NCBI GenBank assembly: GCA_037444405.1
Contig: JBBIML010000008.1
Coordinates: forward strand, 142,676 to 206,675
Direction: 5' to 3'
Length of the DNA: 64,000 bases
Source of the DNA: Armatimonadota bacterium
GTDB lineage: Bacteria; Armatimonadota; Fimbriimonadia; Fimbriimonadales; GBS-DC
The position numbers and the translations under genes are program-made. Below are positions 12,136-22,849 of this stretch, piece by piece (the stretch's first letter is position 1; every line of letters begins with the position of its first letter). The notes below the pieces were generated by a model. The model saw nothing but the letters and a program-made list of their open reading frames with translations. It was not told the DNA's origin and did no database searches.

Positions 12136-12177
12136 CAGCGAGCATGGGAGCAGGTTGGTGCTTCCCCATGCTCGCTG
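12136..12177. terminator. Long hairpin between the convergent heparinase gene and rplL
   Basis: CAGCGAGCATGGG...CCCATGCTCGCTG, a 13-bp inverted repeat with no clear U-tract. Confidence 0.55.
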
Positions 12178-12192
12178 GAAGGTGGATGGAGT

Positions 12193-12591
12193 TTACTTGA
12201 TTTCGACCTTCGCGCCGACCTCTTCCAGTTTGCGCTTGATCTCTTCGGCTTCCTCTTTGCTGACACCCTGCTTGACAGGCTGGGGAGCGCCATCCACGAG
12301 GTCTTTGGCTTCCTTGAGACCGAGCTGGGTGACCTCGCGCACGACGCGCACCACCTGCAGCTTCTGGTCGCCCGCACTGGTGAGGATGACATCGAAGGCG
12401 GTTTTCTCTTCAGCGGGGGCGGCTTCGGCGGGTGCGCCGGGCGCCATCATGCCGGGCATCGCAGCGACCGCGATGGGCGCGGCAGCCGACACGCCGTACT
12501 TCTCCTGCAACGCTTTGACCAGCTCGTTCAGCTCCAGCACGGTCATCTCATCGATCGCCTGAATAATCTCTTCAGCGGTCAGTTTTGCCAT
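12193..12591 (-). CDS. rplL: 50S ribosomal protein L7/L12
   Basis: [34 protein letters not shown] and [14 protein letters not shown] motifs. Confidence 0.98.
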   Translation of the reverse strand: MAKLTAEEIIQAIDEMTVLELNELVKALQEKYGVSAAAPIAVAAMPGMMAPGAPAEAAPAEEKTAFDVILTSAGDQKLQVVRVVREVTQLGLKEAKDLVDGAPQPVKQGVSKEEAEEIKRKLEEVGAKVEIK

Positions 12592-12615
12592 GGGTCTCGC
12601 CTCCTTCGTTTGGGT

Positions 12616-13137
12616 TCAGGCTTGCGCCTTCTTATCGGCAACGGCTTGCAGTGTGCGCACGAACTGCCCGATCAGCTCGGAGAGGGTGCCAACCAGCCCG
12701 CTGATAGGCGATTGCATTGCGCCGAGCAGCTGCGCCAGCATCACTTCGCGCGGGGGCAGTTTCGCCAGCTCCTCCACCGCGCTGGCAGGGTAGACCCGCT
12801 GACCCAGCACGAGCGCCTTCACCTCCGATTTGCGCACCTGCTTGATGAACTCGACCAGCACCTTCGCGGCGGCTGCTTCGTCGCCCTGAATGAAGGCGAC
12901 CGCCGTCGGTCCGAACAGGTACGGTTCCAGTTCGGGCGGCAGGTTGCCATCGGCAGCGCGCCGATAGAGCGTGTTTTTGACCACATGCAGGTCAGCGCCC
13001 ACCGCTCGCAGCTGACGGCGCAGGTCGGTAATCTCGCGCACGGTTAGCCCGCGATAGTCGGTCAGAATCTGCCCGCGCGCCCGATTGAGCCATTGCCGAA
13101 TCTGTTCCACCTGTGCCACCTTTTTGGGAGATGGCAT
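12616..13137 (-). CDS. rplJ: 50S ribosomal protein L10
   Basis: DYRGLTV..LRRQLR..VVKNTL, GPTAVAF and LAKLPPRE motifs; AGGAGG RBS 8 nt before ATG 13137. Confidence 0.97.
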   Translation of the reverse strand: MPSPKKVAQVEQIRQWLNRARGQILTDYRGLTVREITDLRRQLRAVGADLHVVKNTLYRRAADGNLPPELEPYLFGPTAVAFIQGDEAAAAKVLVEFIKQVRKSEVKALVLGQRVYPASAVEELAKLPPREVMLAQLLGAMQSPISGLVGTLSELIGQFVRTLQAVADKKAQA

Positions 13138-13154
13138 CCGCTTCACCTCCTGTT

Positions 13155-13337
13155 ATTAAATGCGAAAAGCGAGCCGTGCAGACCAGCAGGCTCGCACAAC
13201 GATCCGATGGTGCCAGTCGCGGCGGCGCGAACGCCTCTTGCGACCGACATCCAGACCCCTTGCGCATCCCTCGGCAGGCGAGCCGAATGCTCGGATTATG
13301 CCCGCGAAGCGGGACACCTGCTGTCTGCGGTTATCGC
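13155..13337 (-). promoter_or_regulatory. Ribosomal protein L10 leader (autoregulatory RNA)
   Basis: The minus strand reads CCGCAGACAGCAGGTG...TAAT...CCTGCCGAGGG (13268-13330), matching the L10-leader core. A TATAAT box lies at about 13345-13350. Confidence 0.8.
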
Positions 13338-13441
13338 AGAGACTATTATACCCGCTCTGACACCGAAATCAAGCCCTTTCATTCAGAGGGGACTTGCAAA
13401 ACGCGCAATATGGGGTATAATAGCTTGTGGAGGTACACGCA

Positions 13442-13954
13442 ATGAGAAACTGGGTTCTGCCAGGGCTGTTGTTCGGAGTGGCACTGCTGCTGCTGTTCGT
13501 GGCGCCCGCTGGAGCAGAGCTGCGCGTGCGCCAGAAGCTGCCCGAAATGACCCTCACCGACCTCAAGGGCAACACGGTGAAACTCGGCGGCAAGCAGGAT
13601 AAAGTGTACCTGATCGACTTCTGGGCGACCTGGTGCGGTCCCTGCCGCGCCGCCATCCCCTTCCTGCAGGAGCTGCACGATAAATACTCCAAGCGCGGGC
13701 TGGTGGTCGTCGGCATCGCGCTCGACTCTGGCTCCGAAGCGGAGGTGCGCGCCTTCGTGGAACATAACGAGATAACCTACACCATCTGCGTGCCCAAAAA
13801 CGAGGCAGAGGTTCAGCGCAAATATCGCATCAATGGCTACCCCACGATGTATATTGTGGACAAGAAGGGCGTTATCCGCTATGTGGGTGTGGGCTACTCC
13901 GAAGAGGAAGAGGAAGTCATCCTCAAGGTGATTGCTGACACGCTGGCAGAGTGA
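13442..13954 (+). CDS. TlpA-family thiol-disulfide oxidoreductase
   Basis: Signal/anchor, DFWATWCGPC and YPTMYIVDKKG motifs; TTGCAA-16-TATAAT promoter at 13394-13421. Confidence 0.92.
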   Translation: MRNWVLPGLLFGVALLLLFVAPAGAELRVRQKLPEMTLTDLKGNTVKLGGKQDKVYLIDFWATWCGPCRAAIPFLQELHDKYSKRGLVVVGIALDSGSEAEVRAFVEHNEITYTICVPKNEAEVQRKYRINGYPTMYIVDKKGVIRYVGVGYSEEEEEVILKVIADTLAE

Positions 13955-13961
13955 ACGAATC

Positions 13962-16283
13962 ATGGAGGACGGTGAACGGCGGCTGCCGCAACCTGTCGTT
14001 GCGGTCGTTCGACAGCGGCTGGGTGCATCGGCGGTCGTTGAGTTTGGATTTGCATCTGATCTGACGCCTGAAGGGCGCTTCGGGGAGACATGGCTGGTGC
14101 TGGCGTACCCGTCTGAGCAGCAGCTCGGCTCCCTGCAAGACGCCTTACTGCTGGTTATCGGCGTCCAGCATGCTCTGATTGCGAACAGCACCAGCGCACG
14201 CCTGCCCTGGTTGCGCCGCGACAAGCCCTCCGATGAAGAAGAGACCCGCACCCTTCTTTATCTTGACCTGCCGCTGGCTCAGGTCGAATCGGTGCGCATC
14301 ACGCAGCTGGTGGGCGCGTCCGCGCTGGAGGTGGTGCTGCCTGATCAGCGGGTCATCGAACTGATCCGATTCAGCCATGCGCTCACCAATCTGTTCGGGC
14401 AGGTCAAGACGCGGCTGGAGGCGATGCTCAATCATGAGGAGCCGCCCCCGTTCGAGAAAAAGCAGTCGGTGTGCGAGCGGTGCGGGCGCCCCATCCCCGA
14501 CGACTCGCTGTCGTGCCCTGCGTGCCGCTCGCAGAAACAGGTGCTGGTGCGCCTGATGCTGCTTGTGCGACCCTACTGGCGCTATATGGCGCTCGCCAGC
14601 CTCCTGGCGATGCTCAGCGCCGCCGTTGAGCTGACCCCGCCTTATCTGACCAAAGTGCTGATCGACGAGGTGCTGGTACCCCGCGCGAACGCGCAGCTGT
14701 TCGTGTGGCTGCTGCTGGGACTGGTGGGATTGCGCCTGCTGGGGACAGGCATCAACATTGCGCGCGGGCGGCTCAACGCCTGGCTGGGCAGTCGCATCGC
14801 GTTCGAACTGCGCTCGAAACTGTTTGAGCACCTGCAGTGGCTCTCGCTCAGCTATTTCGATCGGCGTCAGACGGGCGCGATCATGAGCCGCGTGACGCGC
14901 GACACCGATGCCCTCTACGACTTCCTGGTCAACAGCGCGCCCACCATCACGCTCAACCTGCTGATGGTGCTGGGCATCGGCACGGTGATGGTGCTGATGG
15001 ACTGGCAGCTGAGCCTGCTGGTGCTGGTGCCCGCGCCGCTGATTGTGATGCTCTCGCGCCATGCATGGCAGCGCGTGATCCGCATCTGGCGACGGCACTG
15101 GTATCGCTGGTCGCGCCTGACCGCGCACTTAGGTGGCACGCTCTCAGGCATTCGCGAGGTCAAAGCCTTCACGCAGGAAGAGCGCGAAATCAGCGCTTTC
15201 AATCGGCGCAACTTCGAAATCGCCGAATCGGGTGAGATGGCGGGCAAAATCAACGCCAGCGTCTTCCCGCTCATCTCCTTCCTGGTGATGTCCAGCTCCT
15301 TCGTCATCTGGTATGTGGGCGGGCGCGGCGTGCTGAACGGCACCTTCGAACTGGGCACGCTGGTCGCCTTCCTCGCCTACATCGGCATGCTGTTCGGACC
15401 GCTGAGCATCATCACCAACATCATGGACTGGGCGTCGCGCACCGTGACGGCAGCCGAGCGCGTGTTCGAACTGCTCGACACCGAGCCCGAAGTGCGCGAC
15501 CGACCCGACGCAAAGCCGCTGCCCGAAGTCAAAGGCGAGATTATCTTTGAGGATGTTACCTTCGGCTACGAGAAGTATCATCCCGTGTTGCACGACATCA
15601 ATCTACACATTCGCCCTGGCGAGATGATCGGGCTGGTGGGTCCGTCGGGCGCAGGCAAAAGCACGCTGATCAATCTGGTGTGCCGCTTCTACGACCCCAC
15701 GCGCGGGCGGATACTGATCGACGGGCACGACCTGCGCGAGGTGCGCATGCGCGATCTGCGGCGACATATCGGCGTGGTGCTGCAGGACACCTTCCTCTTT
15801 CCGGGCACGATTCGGGACAACATCGCCTACGCGCGTCCCGAAGCCACCCAGGAAGAGATTATCGCCGCCGCCAAAGCCGCTAATGCGCACGATTTCATCA
15901 TGCGCTTCCCCGATGGCTACGATACATGGGTGGGCGAGCGGGGGCACCGGCTGTCGGGCGGCGAGCGCCAGCGCATCGCGATTGCCCGCGCCATCCTGCG
16001 CAACCCCAAAATCCTCATTCTGGACGAGGCGACCGCCTCTGTGGACACCGAGACCGAACGCCTCATCCAGGAAGCGCTGGAGCGGCTCGTGCAGAACCGC
16101 ACTACCATCGCGATTGCGCACCGACTCAGCACCCTGCGCAACGCCGACCGACTGGTAGTGCTGGAGCGGGGACGCATCGTGGAGACGGGCACGCATGACG
16201 ACCTGATAGAAAAGGGTGGCGTGTACCATCGCCTTGTCACGATGCAGATGGAGCTGAGCAAATCGCGCCTGTTTGTGGGCTAA
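13962..16283 (+). CDS. ABC exporter (TMD+NBD) with an N-terminal extension and a CxxC..CxxC zinc ribbon
   Basis: GPSGAGKS, LSGGERQR and ILDEAT motifs; CERCG...CPAC precedes the TMD. Confidence 0.9.
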   Translation: MEDGERRLPQPVVAVVRQRLGASAVVEFGFASDLTPEGRFGETWLVLAYPSEQQLGSLQDALLLVIGVQHALIANSTSARLPWLRRDKPSDEEETRTLLYLDLPLAQVESVRITQLVGASALEVVLPDQRVIELIRFSHALTNLFGQVKTRLEAMLNHEEPPPFEKKQSVCERCGRPIPDDSLSCPACRSQKQVLVRLMLLVRPYWRYMALASLLAMLSAAVELTPPYLTKVLIDEVLVPRANAQLFVWLLLGLVGLRLLGTGINIARGRLNAWLGSRIAFELRSKLFEHLQWLSLSYFDRRQTGAIMSRVTRDTDALYDFLVNSAPTITLNLLMVLGIGTVMVLMDWQLSLLVLVPAPLIVMLSRHAWQRVIRIWRRHWYRWSRLTAHLGGTLSGIREVKAFTQEEREISAFNRRNFEIAESGEMAGKINASVFPLISFLVMSSSFVIWYVGGRGVLNGTFELGTLVAFLAYIGMLFGPLSIITNIMDWASRTVTAAERVFELLDTEPEVRDRPDAKPLPEVKGEIIFEDVTFGYEKYHPVLHDINLHIRPGEMIGLVGPSGAGKSTLINLVCRFYDPTRGRILIDGHDLREVRMRDLRRHIGVVLQDTFLFPGTIRDNIAYARPEATQEEIIAAAKAANAHDFIMRFPDGYDTWVGERGHRLSGGERQRIAIARAILRNPKILILDEATASVDTETERLIQEALERLVQNRTTIAIAHRLSTLRNADRLVVLERGRIVETGTHDDLIEKGGVYHRLVTMQMELSKSRLFVG

Positions 16284-16302
16284 GAGGAGGTATCCTCAAG
16301 GC

Positions 16303-17472
16303 GTGATTGAAGGCACGCTCTGGCTGAAGGCGGGGCGCGAGAAGAAAATCCGCCATCTCTACCCGTGGGTTCAGCGTGGGGAGGTTGCGCGTGTGGACGG
16401 CTCGCCCACCGACGGTGGTCTGGTTCACCTGCGGGCGCACGATGGCAGCTGGCTCGGCATCGCCACCTACAACAGCCGCAGCCGATTCCCCGCCCGCATC
16501 CTGACCCTTCAGGATGAAGCCATCGACACCACCTTCTTCGCCCGCCGATTACAACATGCCCTGCAACTGCGCCAGCGACTGATCAGCGACACCAACGCCT
16601 ATCGCCTGCTGTTCGGCGAGGCGGACGGCGTACCCGGACTGATTGTGGATCGATATGCAGACTATCTGATCGTGCAGGTACGCACGCTGGGCATGGAGCG
16701 TCTCAAACCACTCTGGCTCCCTGCGCTGATAGAGGTTCTCCAGCCTGCAGGCATACTGGAGCGCAGTGAGATGGAATCGCGCCAGGAGGAGGGACTAACG
16801 CCCTTCACGGGCATCCTGCACGGCGAAGTGCCAGAGCTGATCCCCATCACAGAAAGCGAGCTGCAGTTCCTTGTGCCCACGCGAAGCGGGCTGAAAACGG
16901 GCTTCTATCTGGATCAGCGCGAGAATCGGCGGCAACTTGCGCGCATGGTTCAGCCAGATGAGCGTGTGCTGGACCTGTTCTGCTACACGGGCGCGTTCGC
17001 GCTCTACGCCGCACGAGCAGGCGCACAAGCCATCGGCGTCGATATTCTGCCCGAAGCGATTGCGCTCGCCCGCCAGCACGCCGAAATGAACCATCTGCAG
17101 GCAGAGTGGGTGGTCGCAAACGCCTTCGAGTGGCTGCCGGCTGCTGCCGAGCGCAGCGAGCTGTTTGACTGGGTGATTCTGGACCCGCCTGCAATTGCCA
17201 AGCGGCGCGAGCAGCGCGAATCGCTGCGCTGGGCGCTCTGGAAACTGGTCTATCACGCGCTCCCCCTCCTGAAACCGAACGGGCGATTGCTGGTGTGCAG
17301 TTGTGCCTACGCGCTGGATTTGAGCCTGATGGTGGACACCGTCCGCCTCGCCGCGCACGACAGGCAGCGCCCGCTCTATCTGGAAGATGTCTCCTTCCAG
17401 TCGCCCGACCACCCCTTCCTGATGCAGTTCCCCGAAAGCCTTTACCTGAAATGCCTCTGGCTGCGAGTTTAA
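16303..17472 (+). CDS. RlmI-family SAM-dependent rRNA methyltransferase
   Basis: PUA-like N-terminus; EADGVPGLIVDRY, KTGFYLDQRENR, LDLFCYTG and ILDPP motifs. Confidence 0.9.
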   Translation: MIEGTLWLKAGREKKIRHLYPWVQRGEVARVDGSPTDGGLVHLRAHDGSWLGIATYNSRSRFPARILTLQDEAIDTTFFARRLQHALQLRQRLISDTNAYRLLFGEADGVPGLIVDRYADYLIVQVRTLGMERLKPLWLPALIEVLQPAGILERSEMESRQEEGLTPFTGILHGEVPELIPITESELQFLVPTRSGLKTGFYLDQRENRRQLARMVQPDERVLDLFCYTGAFALYAARAGAQAIGVDILPEAIALARQHAEMNHLQAEWVVANAFEWLPAAAERSELFDWVILDPPAIAKRREQRESLRWALWKLVYHALPLLKPNGRLLVCSCAYALDLSLMVDTVRLAAHDRQRPLYLEDVSFQSPDHPFLMQFPESLYLKCLWLRV

Positions 17473-18141
17473 TTAATCGCGTTTGACCAGTTGCCCATCG
17501 CGCAGCGAGTAGACCGTATCGCAATAGCTGAGCATGAGGGGGTCATGGGTGACCAGCACAACGGCGCCCTCACCGCGATGTTGCGTCAGCAGTTCCAGCA
17601 CCTGCAGACCCGTTTGCTGATCGAGCGCGGCGGTCGGCTCGTCGGCGAAGACGACCTCGGGTTCCATCAGCAGGGCGCGCGCCACACAAACGCGCTGTCG
17701 CTCGCCGCCAGAGAGCGCGGCGGGATAGCGGTGCGCCAGCTCGCTCAAGCCGAGCGCCTCCAGCAGTTGATGCGCCCGCGCCGCCCACGCCCGCGAATCG
17801 GGCGCACTCACCAGCAGATTCTCCAGCACCGTCAGATAGCCCAGCAGATAGGGCTGCTGGAACACGAACCCGAAGCGCGTGCGCCGAATCGCGCTGCGCT
17901 CCGCATCGCTCATCGCCGCATAACTGCGACCCTGATAGGCGACCGTGCCCGCCGTCGGCATCTTCAGACCGCTCAGCAAATATAGCAGCGAACTCTTGCC
18001 CGAACCCGACGGACCCTCAATCCCCACGAACTCGCCCCGATGCACGCGCAGCGACACCTCACGCACCGCATGCACCACACGCTTACCATCCCGATAGAGC
18101 AGGCTCGCCCCACGCGCTTCAATCAGAACCGGCTTATCCAC
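17473..18141 (-). CDS. ABC ATP-binding protein (LolD/MacB-like), stand-alone
   Basis: GPSGSGKS, GFVFQ, LSGGERQRV and ADEPTAALD motifs. Confidence 0.9.
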   Translation of the reverse strand: MDKPVLIEARGASLLYRDGKRVVHAVREVSLRVHRGEFVGIEGPSGSGKSSLLYLLSGLKMPTAGTVAYQGRSYAAMSDAERSAIRRTRFGFVFQQPYLLGYLTVLENLLVSAPDSRAWAARAHQLLEALGLSELAHRYPAALSGGERQRVCVARALLMEPEVVFADEPTAALDQQTGLQVLELLTQHRGEGAVVLVTHDPLMLSYCDTVYSLRDGQLVKRD

Positions 18142-18194
18142 CGAAAGGGTATAATACCCGCGCGTTGCAACGAACGCGGCAAGGAGGACGAACG

Positions 18195-18920
18195 ATGAGA
18201 AACGGTATTCGTGTGATGACGCTGACGATGCTCAGCGCGATGCTGGTGGCGCTAACTGCCGCCCAGGAGGAGTACACCCTCAAACTCCAAGTGAAAGAGG
18301 GCGATGTCTTCAAGTACCGCTTCACGATGGAAATCACCTTCGGGGACCAGTCCGCCGTATTCACGATGAACCTGACCAACAAGGTCATCAAGGTGGAGTC
18401 GAACGGCGATATCGTGTTCGAGGGCAGTTCCAGCGATGGAATGGTCAAGTTCGGCGAACAGGAGATGCCTGTTCCTGCCTCGCCCCCCACCAGAACCACT
18501 TTCAAGCCGAACGGCACACCCACCAAGGTTGAAGGCGGACGAAACCCGGAGAGCGAGATGCGGATGGCGCGTCTGAACAGCCTGCTGTTCCCCGATAAGG
18601 CGGTCAAGATTGGCGACAAGTGGAACGGCGAGCTGAAGGGCGAAGGCAACCTCCCCACGCTCAAAGCCGAGTACGAGCTGGTCGCCAAAGAGAAGGTGGG
18701 TGATATAGAGGCGCTCAAAATCAAGTTCAACATCCAGGAGGTGGCGGCGCAGTCGGGCGAGTCGTCCACCATGAACACACCCACCACGATGAGTGGCTTT
18801 ATCTGGATCGATCCGAAAACGGGCATGCTGGTTCGCATGAACGGTTCGGTCAAGGGCATGCCGGCGGAGGGTGCGCCCATGCCGCTGGACGGCACACTGA
18901 CGATGGAGCGCATCCCCTGA
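18195..18920 (+). CDS. Secreted hypothetical protein
   Basis: AAGGAGG RBS, signal peptide, PDKAVKIGDKW motif, strong codon bias. Confidence 0.75.
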   Translation: MRNGIRVMTLTMLSAMLVALTAAQEEYTLKLQVKEGDVFKYRFTMEITFGDQSAVFTMNLTNKVIKVESNGDIVFEGSSSDGMVKFGEQEMPVPASPPTRTTFKPNGTPTKVEGGRNPESEMRMARLNSLLFPDKAVKIGDKWNGELKGEGNLPTLKAEYELVAKEKVGDIEALKIKFNIQEVAAQSGESSTMNTPTTMSGFIWIDPKTGMLVRMNGSVKGMPAEGAPMPLDGTLTMERIP

Positions 18921-18923
18921 TTC

Positions 18924-18966
18924 GCCCTCACCCCCTCTCCCACAGCGTGGGAGAGGGGGGCAAAAA
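18924..18966. terminator. Hairpin CCCCTCTCCCAC-AGC-GTGGGAGAGGGG (terminator or palindromic repeat)
   Basis: 12-bp inverted repeat right after the stop codon. Confidence 0.6.
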
Positions 18967-20016
18967 ATGAGCTATCGAGTAGCGATTGTTGGTGCGACGG
19001 GCGCGGTGGGCATGGAACTGCTGCGGATTCTGGAGGAGCGGCGGTTCCCTGTTGATTCGTTGCGCCTGTTCGCGTCGGAGCGCTCAGCAGGACGGCAACT
19101 GCCCTTTCAGGGTGAGCCAATCCCTGTGGAGCCGCTATCCGCCGATGCGTTCAGAGGGGTCGATATCGCCTTCTTTTCGGCGGGCGCAGCGTGCAGTCGG
19201 TCCTTCGTACCGCTCGCGGTGCAGGCGGGCGCGCTGGTGATCGATAACTCCTCTGCCTTCCGCATGGAGCCGAACATCCCGCTCGTCATCCCCGAAATCA
19301 ATGGCGAGGCGGCGCATCGGCATCAGGGCATTATCGCGAACCCGAACTGCTCCACCATTATCCTGCTGATGGCGCTGGCGCCCCTGCGACAGCTGAGCCG
19401 CATCCAACGGATTATTGTGTCCACCTATCAGGCGGCGAGCGGGGCAGGCGCCCGCGCCATGCAGGAACTGCTTGACGCAACCCGCGCCTACTTGCAGGGC
19501 GAGCCGTTCGAGCCGCAGGCGCTGCCCCACCCCTGCGCGTTCAATCTCTTCTCCCATAACTCACCCATTGGCGCCGATGGCTATAACGAGGAGGAGCGCA
19601 AGATTATTTTTGAGTCGCGCAAGATTCTGAACGAGCCAGAGCTGGCAATCTCGGCGACCTGCGTCCGCGTGCCCGTGCTGCGAGCGCACAGCGAGAGCAT
19701 CCATGTGGAGCTGGAGCATCGTCCGCCTCTCGAAGCCGTCTATGAAGCCTATCGTGCCTTCAGGGGTGTGCGTCTGGTGGACGACCGCGAGCGCAACCAC
19801 TTCCCGATGCCCATCGAGGCAACAGGGCAGGACGAGGTGCTGGTCGGGCGACTGCGAGAGGATACCGCGCTTCCCAACGGGCTGGCGCTGTTCGCCTGCG
19901 GCGACCAGCTGCGCAAAGGGGCGGCATTAAATGCCATTCAGATTGCAGAAATCGTCATGGGGCTATGCCCGCAAGGGGCAGTCCCAGCGTCGGTTCCCAG
20001 CCCATCAGCAGATTGA
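18967..20016 (+). CDS. asd: Aspartate-semialdehyde dehydrogenase
   Basis: VGATGAVG, IDNSSAFR, ANPNCST, TYQAASGAG and DQLRKGAALNA motifs. Confidence 0.97.
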   Translation: MSYRVAIVGATGAVGMELLRILEERRFPVDSLRLFASERSAGRQLPFQGEPIPVEPLSADAFRGVDIAFFSAGAACSRSFVPLAVQAGALVIDNSSAFRMEPNIPLVIPEINGEAAHRHQGIIANPNCSTIILLMALAPLRQLSRIQRIIVSTYQAASGAGARAMQELLDATRAYLQGEPFEPQALPHPCAFNLFSHNSPIGADGYNEEERKIIFESRKILNEPELAISATCVRVPVLRAHSESIHVELEHRPPLEAVYEAYRAFRGVRLVDDRERNHFPMPIEATGQDEVLVGRLREDTALPNGLALFACGDQLRKGAALNAIQIAEIVMGLCPQGAVPASVPSPSAD

Positions 20017-21013
20017 GATTCTGAATCGCCTGACCTGCCGCACCCTTCACCAGATTGTCAATCACGCTGATAACCACCGCCATCTGCATACGGGCGTCGA
20101 TGGTCAAGCCAATATCGCATCGATTGGAGCCATACACATGGCGGGTGGCGGGGAAATCGCCCAGCGGGCGCACCACCACAAACGGCTGATCGCCATAGAA
20201 GGTGGTGTAGAGCGTGTGCAGGTCATTCAGAGCAACGGGATGCTTCAGTCGGGCGTACGCCGTGCAGAGAATGCCGCGCGTCATTGGCACCAGATGCGGC
20301 GTGAAGCGCACCCGCACCGGCTGATGAGCGACGCCGCTTAGCGTCTGCTCGATCTCGGGCGTGTGGCGATGGCGCTCCACACCGTACGCCTTGAAGTTCT
20401 CGTCCAGCTCCGTATAGAGATAGTCCACGCTAACGCGCGAGCGTCCCGCGCCCGATACGCCCGACTTCGCATCGATAACGATGCAGTCGGCGTCCGCCAG
20501 CCGCGCATGCAAAAGCGGCGCAAGTGCCAGTGCGCTCGCCGTCGGGTAGCAACCGGGGTTCGCAATCAGTGGGGTATAGCGATAGGCGTCCGGTGGGGTG
20601 AGTTCAGGCAGTCCGTAGAGCGCCTCCCGCAACAGCTCAGGTGCGCGATGCGGTATGCCGTACCACTCCTGAAACAGTGCGGGATCGCGCAGGCGGAAAT
20701 CGGCGGAGAGGTCGATCACGCGCACGCCTTTTTTGAGCAGTGCGGGCGCATGCTCCATCGCGAAGCCCGTCTCGCCCGCCAGGAACACCACCTCACAACT
20801 GCTCGCCAGCTGATCGGGGTCGAACGCGCTCAGCGGGGGCAGTTTGAGTCCGTTCAGGTGAGGCAGGACCTGTGCCAGCGGCTTGCCCGCCTCCGAGCGC
20901 GAGACGAGCGCGCTGATGCGCGCGCGCGAATGACCGCTCAACAGGCGCACCAACTCCGCGCCTGTGTAGCCCGTCGCGCCCACAATCCCAACGGCAACGC
21001 ACGATTCGCTCAT
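19955..21013 (-). CDS. argC: N-acetyl-gamma-glutamyl-phosphate reductase
   Basis: [31 protein letters not shown] and [11 protein letters not shown] motifs. Confidence 0.97.
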   Translation of the reverse strand: MSESCVAVGIVGATGYTGAELVRLLSGHSRARISALVSRSEAGKPLAQVLPHLNGLKLPPLSAFDPDQLASSCEVVFLAGETGFAMEHAPALLKKGVRVIDLSADFRLRDPALFQEWYGIPHRAPELLREALYGLPELTPPDAYRYTPLIANPGCYPTASALALAPLLHARLADADCIVIDAKSGVSGAGRSRVSVDYLYTELDENFKAYGVERHRHTPEIEQTLSGVAHQPVRVRFTPHLVPMTRGILCTAYARLKHPVALNDLHTLYTTFYGDQPFVVVRPLGDFPATRHVYGSNRCDIGLTIDARMQMAVVISVIDNLVKGAAGQAIQNLNLLMGWEPTLGLPLAGIAP

Positions 21014-21435
21014 TCAATCAGCTCCTCCGGGCGGAACCAGAGGTTAATTTCGTACTCGGCGGCTTCGGGGTCCGAGGAGCCGTGGATGATGTTACGCTCG
21101 ATGTCCAGCCCGAAGTCGCCCCGAATGGTGCCCGGCGCCGCGTTCAGCGGGTTAGTCGCGCCCATCATCTGGCGCACCGTCTCGATGGCGTTCGGGCACT
21201 CCAGCACCATCGCGACCACCGGTCCCGAGGTGATGAAGTTCACCACGCTCTCAAAGAAGGGTTTCTCACGATGGACGGCATAGTGGCGTTCCGCCAGTTC
21301 GCGCGTGGGACGGAGCATTTTGAGTCCCACGATGCGGATGCCGCGCCGCTCGAAGCGGGCGATAATCTCGCCCACCAGCCCGCGCTGAACACCATCCGGC
21401 TTCACAAAGACCAGCGTTCGTGTCGGGGTTCCCAT
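21010..21435 (-). CDS. ndk: Nucleoside diphosphate kinase
   Basis: [22 protein letters not shown] and NIIHGS motifs. Confidence 0.97.
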   Translation of the reverse strand: MGTPTRTLVFVKPDGVQRGLVGEIIARFERRGIRIVGLKMLRPTRELAERHYAVHREKPFFESVVNFITSGPVVAMVLECPNAIETVRQMMGATNPLNAAPGTIRGDFGLDIERNIIHGSSDPEAAEYEINLWFRPEELIE

Positions 21436-21523
21436 CTTGCCTCAGGGAGAGTATACCCCCAATTGGATGCGCAGGGGCGCACCCTTGCCTGATGCTCCAT
21501 CAACGGTATAATTAAAGGGCAAA

Positions 21524-22849
21524 ATGGCAACACGGGGCTGGCTGAAGGCAGGGTTGCTGACGGGATTGAGCCTGATTGGACTGGCACTGGGAGTGTCGCT
21601 GTGGCGGCTAAGCCCTCATGCGCCGTTCTCTCCCCATTTCTATCTGATGAACCTCTCGCTCAGGGGCGTGCGACCCGCTCAGCTCACGGACTGGCTGAAC
21701 CAGCTCCAGAATCGGCTGAGCGAGATGCCTGTGCGGGCGGAGCCGATGCCCCAGGCGGTCAGCCCTCTGCGCGAGTGGGGCGTTCAGCTCGACATCCCGC
21801 GCACGCGCGAGGCGATCCTGCAGGCGTGGGCGAAGGTTCCCCTCTGGCAACGGCTGCTGGGCAGCGCCCGCGCTCGCATCACCCCCCACTGGCAGGTGGA
21901 TGAGCCGCTCTTCCAGCAGCGCTTGCAGGCATTTAAGGGGCTGGAGCGTCCGCCCCGCGACGCCCGCATCCGCTATCGACAGGGCACAATCGAAATCGTG
22001 CCCGAACAGATGGGGCTGAAACTCTCGATAGAGGGCAGTCGGCAGAATCTCTTGCAGGCGTGCCAGCAGGCGAACCTCGCCGACGAGTCGGCGGAGGGCA
22101 TCGTGTTCCCGCTCGCGCTGGAGCCTGTCCCGCCACGCCTCACCCGCGAGCAGCTGCAACCCATTCAGGGCGTGATCGGGGCGTACACCACGCGCTTTCC
22201 GGGCTATCAGGTGAATCGCAACCACAACATTCGACTGGCGGCGACGGCATTAGATGGGCGCGTGCTGCTGCCGGGCGAGCGGCTCTCCTTCAACGCGGCG
22301 GTCGGACGGCGCACGCTTCAGCAGGGCTTCCGCCTCGCGCCGATTCTGGTGCGCGGACAGAAGCGGCTGGGCGTCGGCGGCGGCATCTGTCAGGTCTCCT
22401 CCACCCTGTTCAACGCCGCGCTGTTAGCCGACCTGAAGATTGTCAAACGCACGAATCACGGCATCCCCGTGCCCTATGTGCCGCTGGGGCGCGATGCGAC
22501 CGTCACCGACACGGGGCTAGATCTGGTGATAGAGAACCCTCTGCCGACGCCCGTGGCGATTACCACCGAGCTGGGGCGTTCATCCATCACGGTGCGGGTG
22601 CTGGGTGTGCCGATGGAGGGTCGGCAGGTACGCCTGCAGACCCAGTGGTTGCGTTCGAAAGGGCGTCGCGTCGCCCTCTGGCGACTGGTGTACGAGAACG
22701 GGGCACTCATCCGCCGCGAGCGCGTGGCAATCAGCAGTTATCGTTCACCACAACCGCCCGACCAGACGCCTCAAAAGCCCTCTCGCGTCGAGCAGCCAGC
22801 GCCCGCAAGGGCTGACGAGTCCGCCACCGAATCGGTTAGCCAGCCGTGA
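21524..22849 (+). CDS. VanW family protein
   Basis: [30 protein letters not shown] and PLGRDATV motifs; N-terminal TM. Confidence 0.9.
   Translation: MATRGWLKAGLLTGLSLIGLALGVSLWRLSPHAPFSPHFYLMNLSLRGVRPAQLTDWLNQLQNRLSEMPVRAEPMPQAVSPLREWGVQLDIPRTREAILQAWAKVPLWQRLLGSARARITPHWQVDEPLFQQRLQAFKGLERPPRDARIRYRQGTIEIVPEQMGLKLSIEGSRQNLLQACQQANLADESAEGIVFPLALEPVPPRLTREQLQPIQGVIGAYTTRFPGYQVNRNHNIRLAATALDGRVLLPGERLSFNAAVGRRTLQQGFRLAPILVRGQKRLGVGGGICQVSSTLFNAALLADLKIVKRTNHGIPVPYVPLGRDATVTDTGLDLVIENPLPTPVAITTELGRSSITVRVLGVPMEGRQVRLQTQWLRSKGRRVALWRLVYENGALIRRERVAISSYRSPQPPDQTPQKPSRVEQPAPARADESATESVSQP

Noticed and set aside
19955-20016. 62-nt convergent overlap of asd and argC
   Set aside because: It is a low-complexity C-terminal tail; short convergent overlaps are common in this compact genome.
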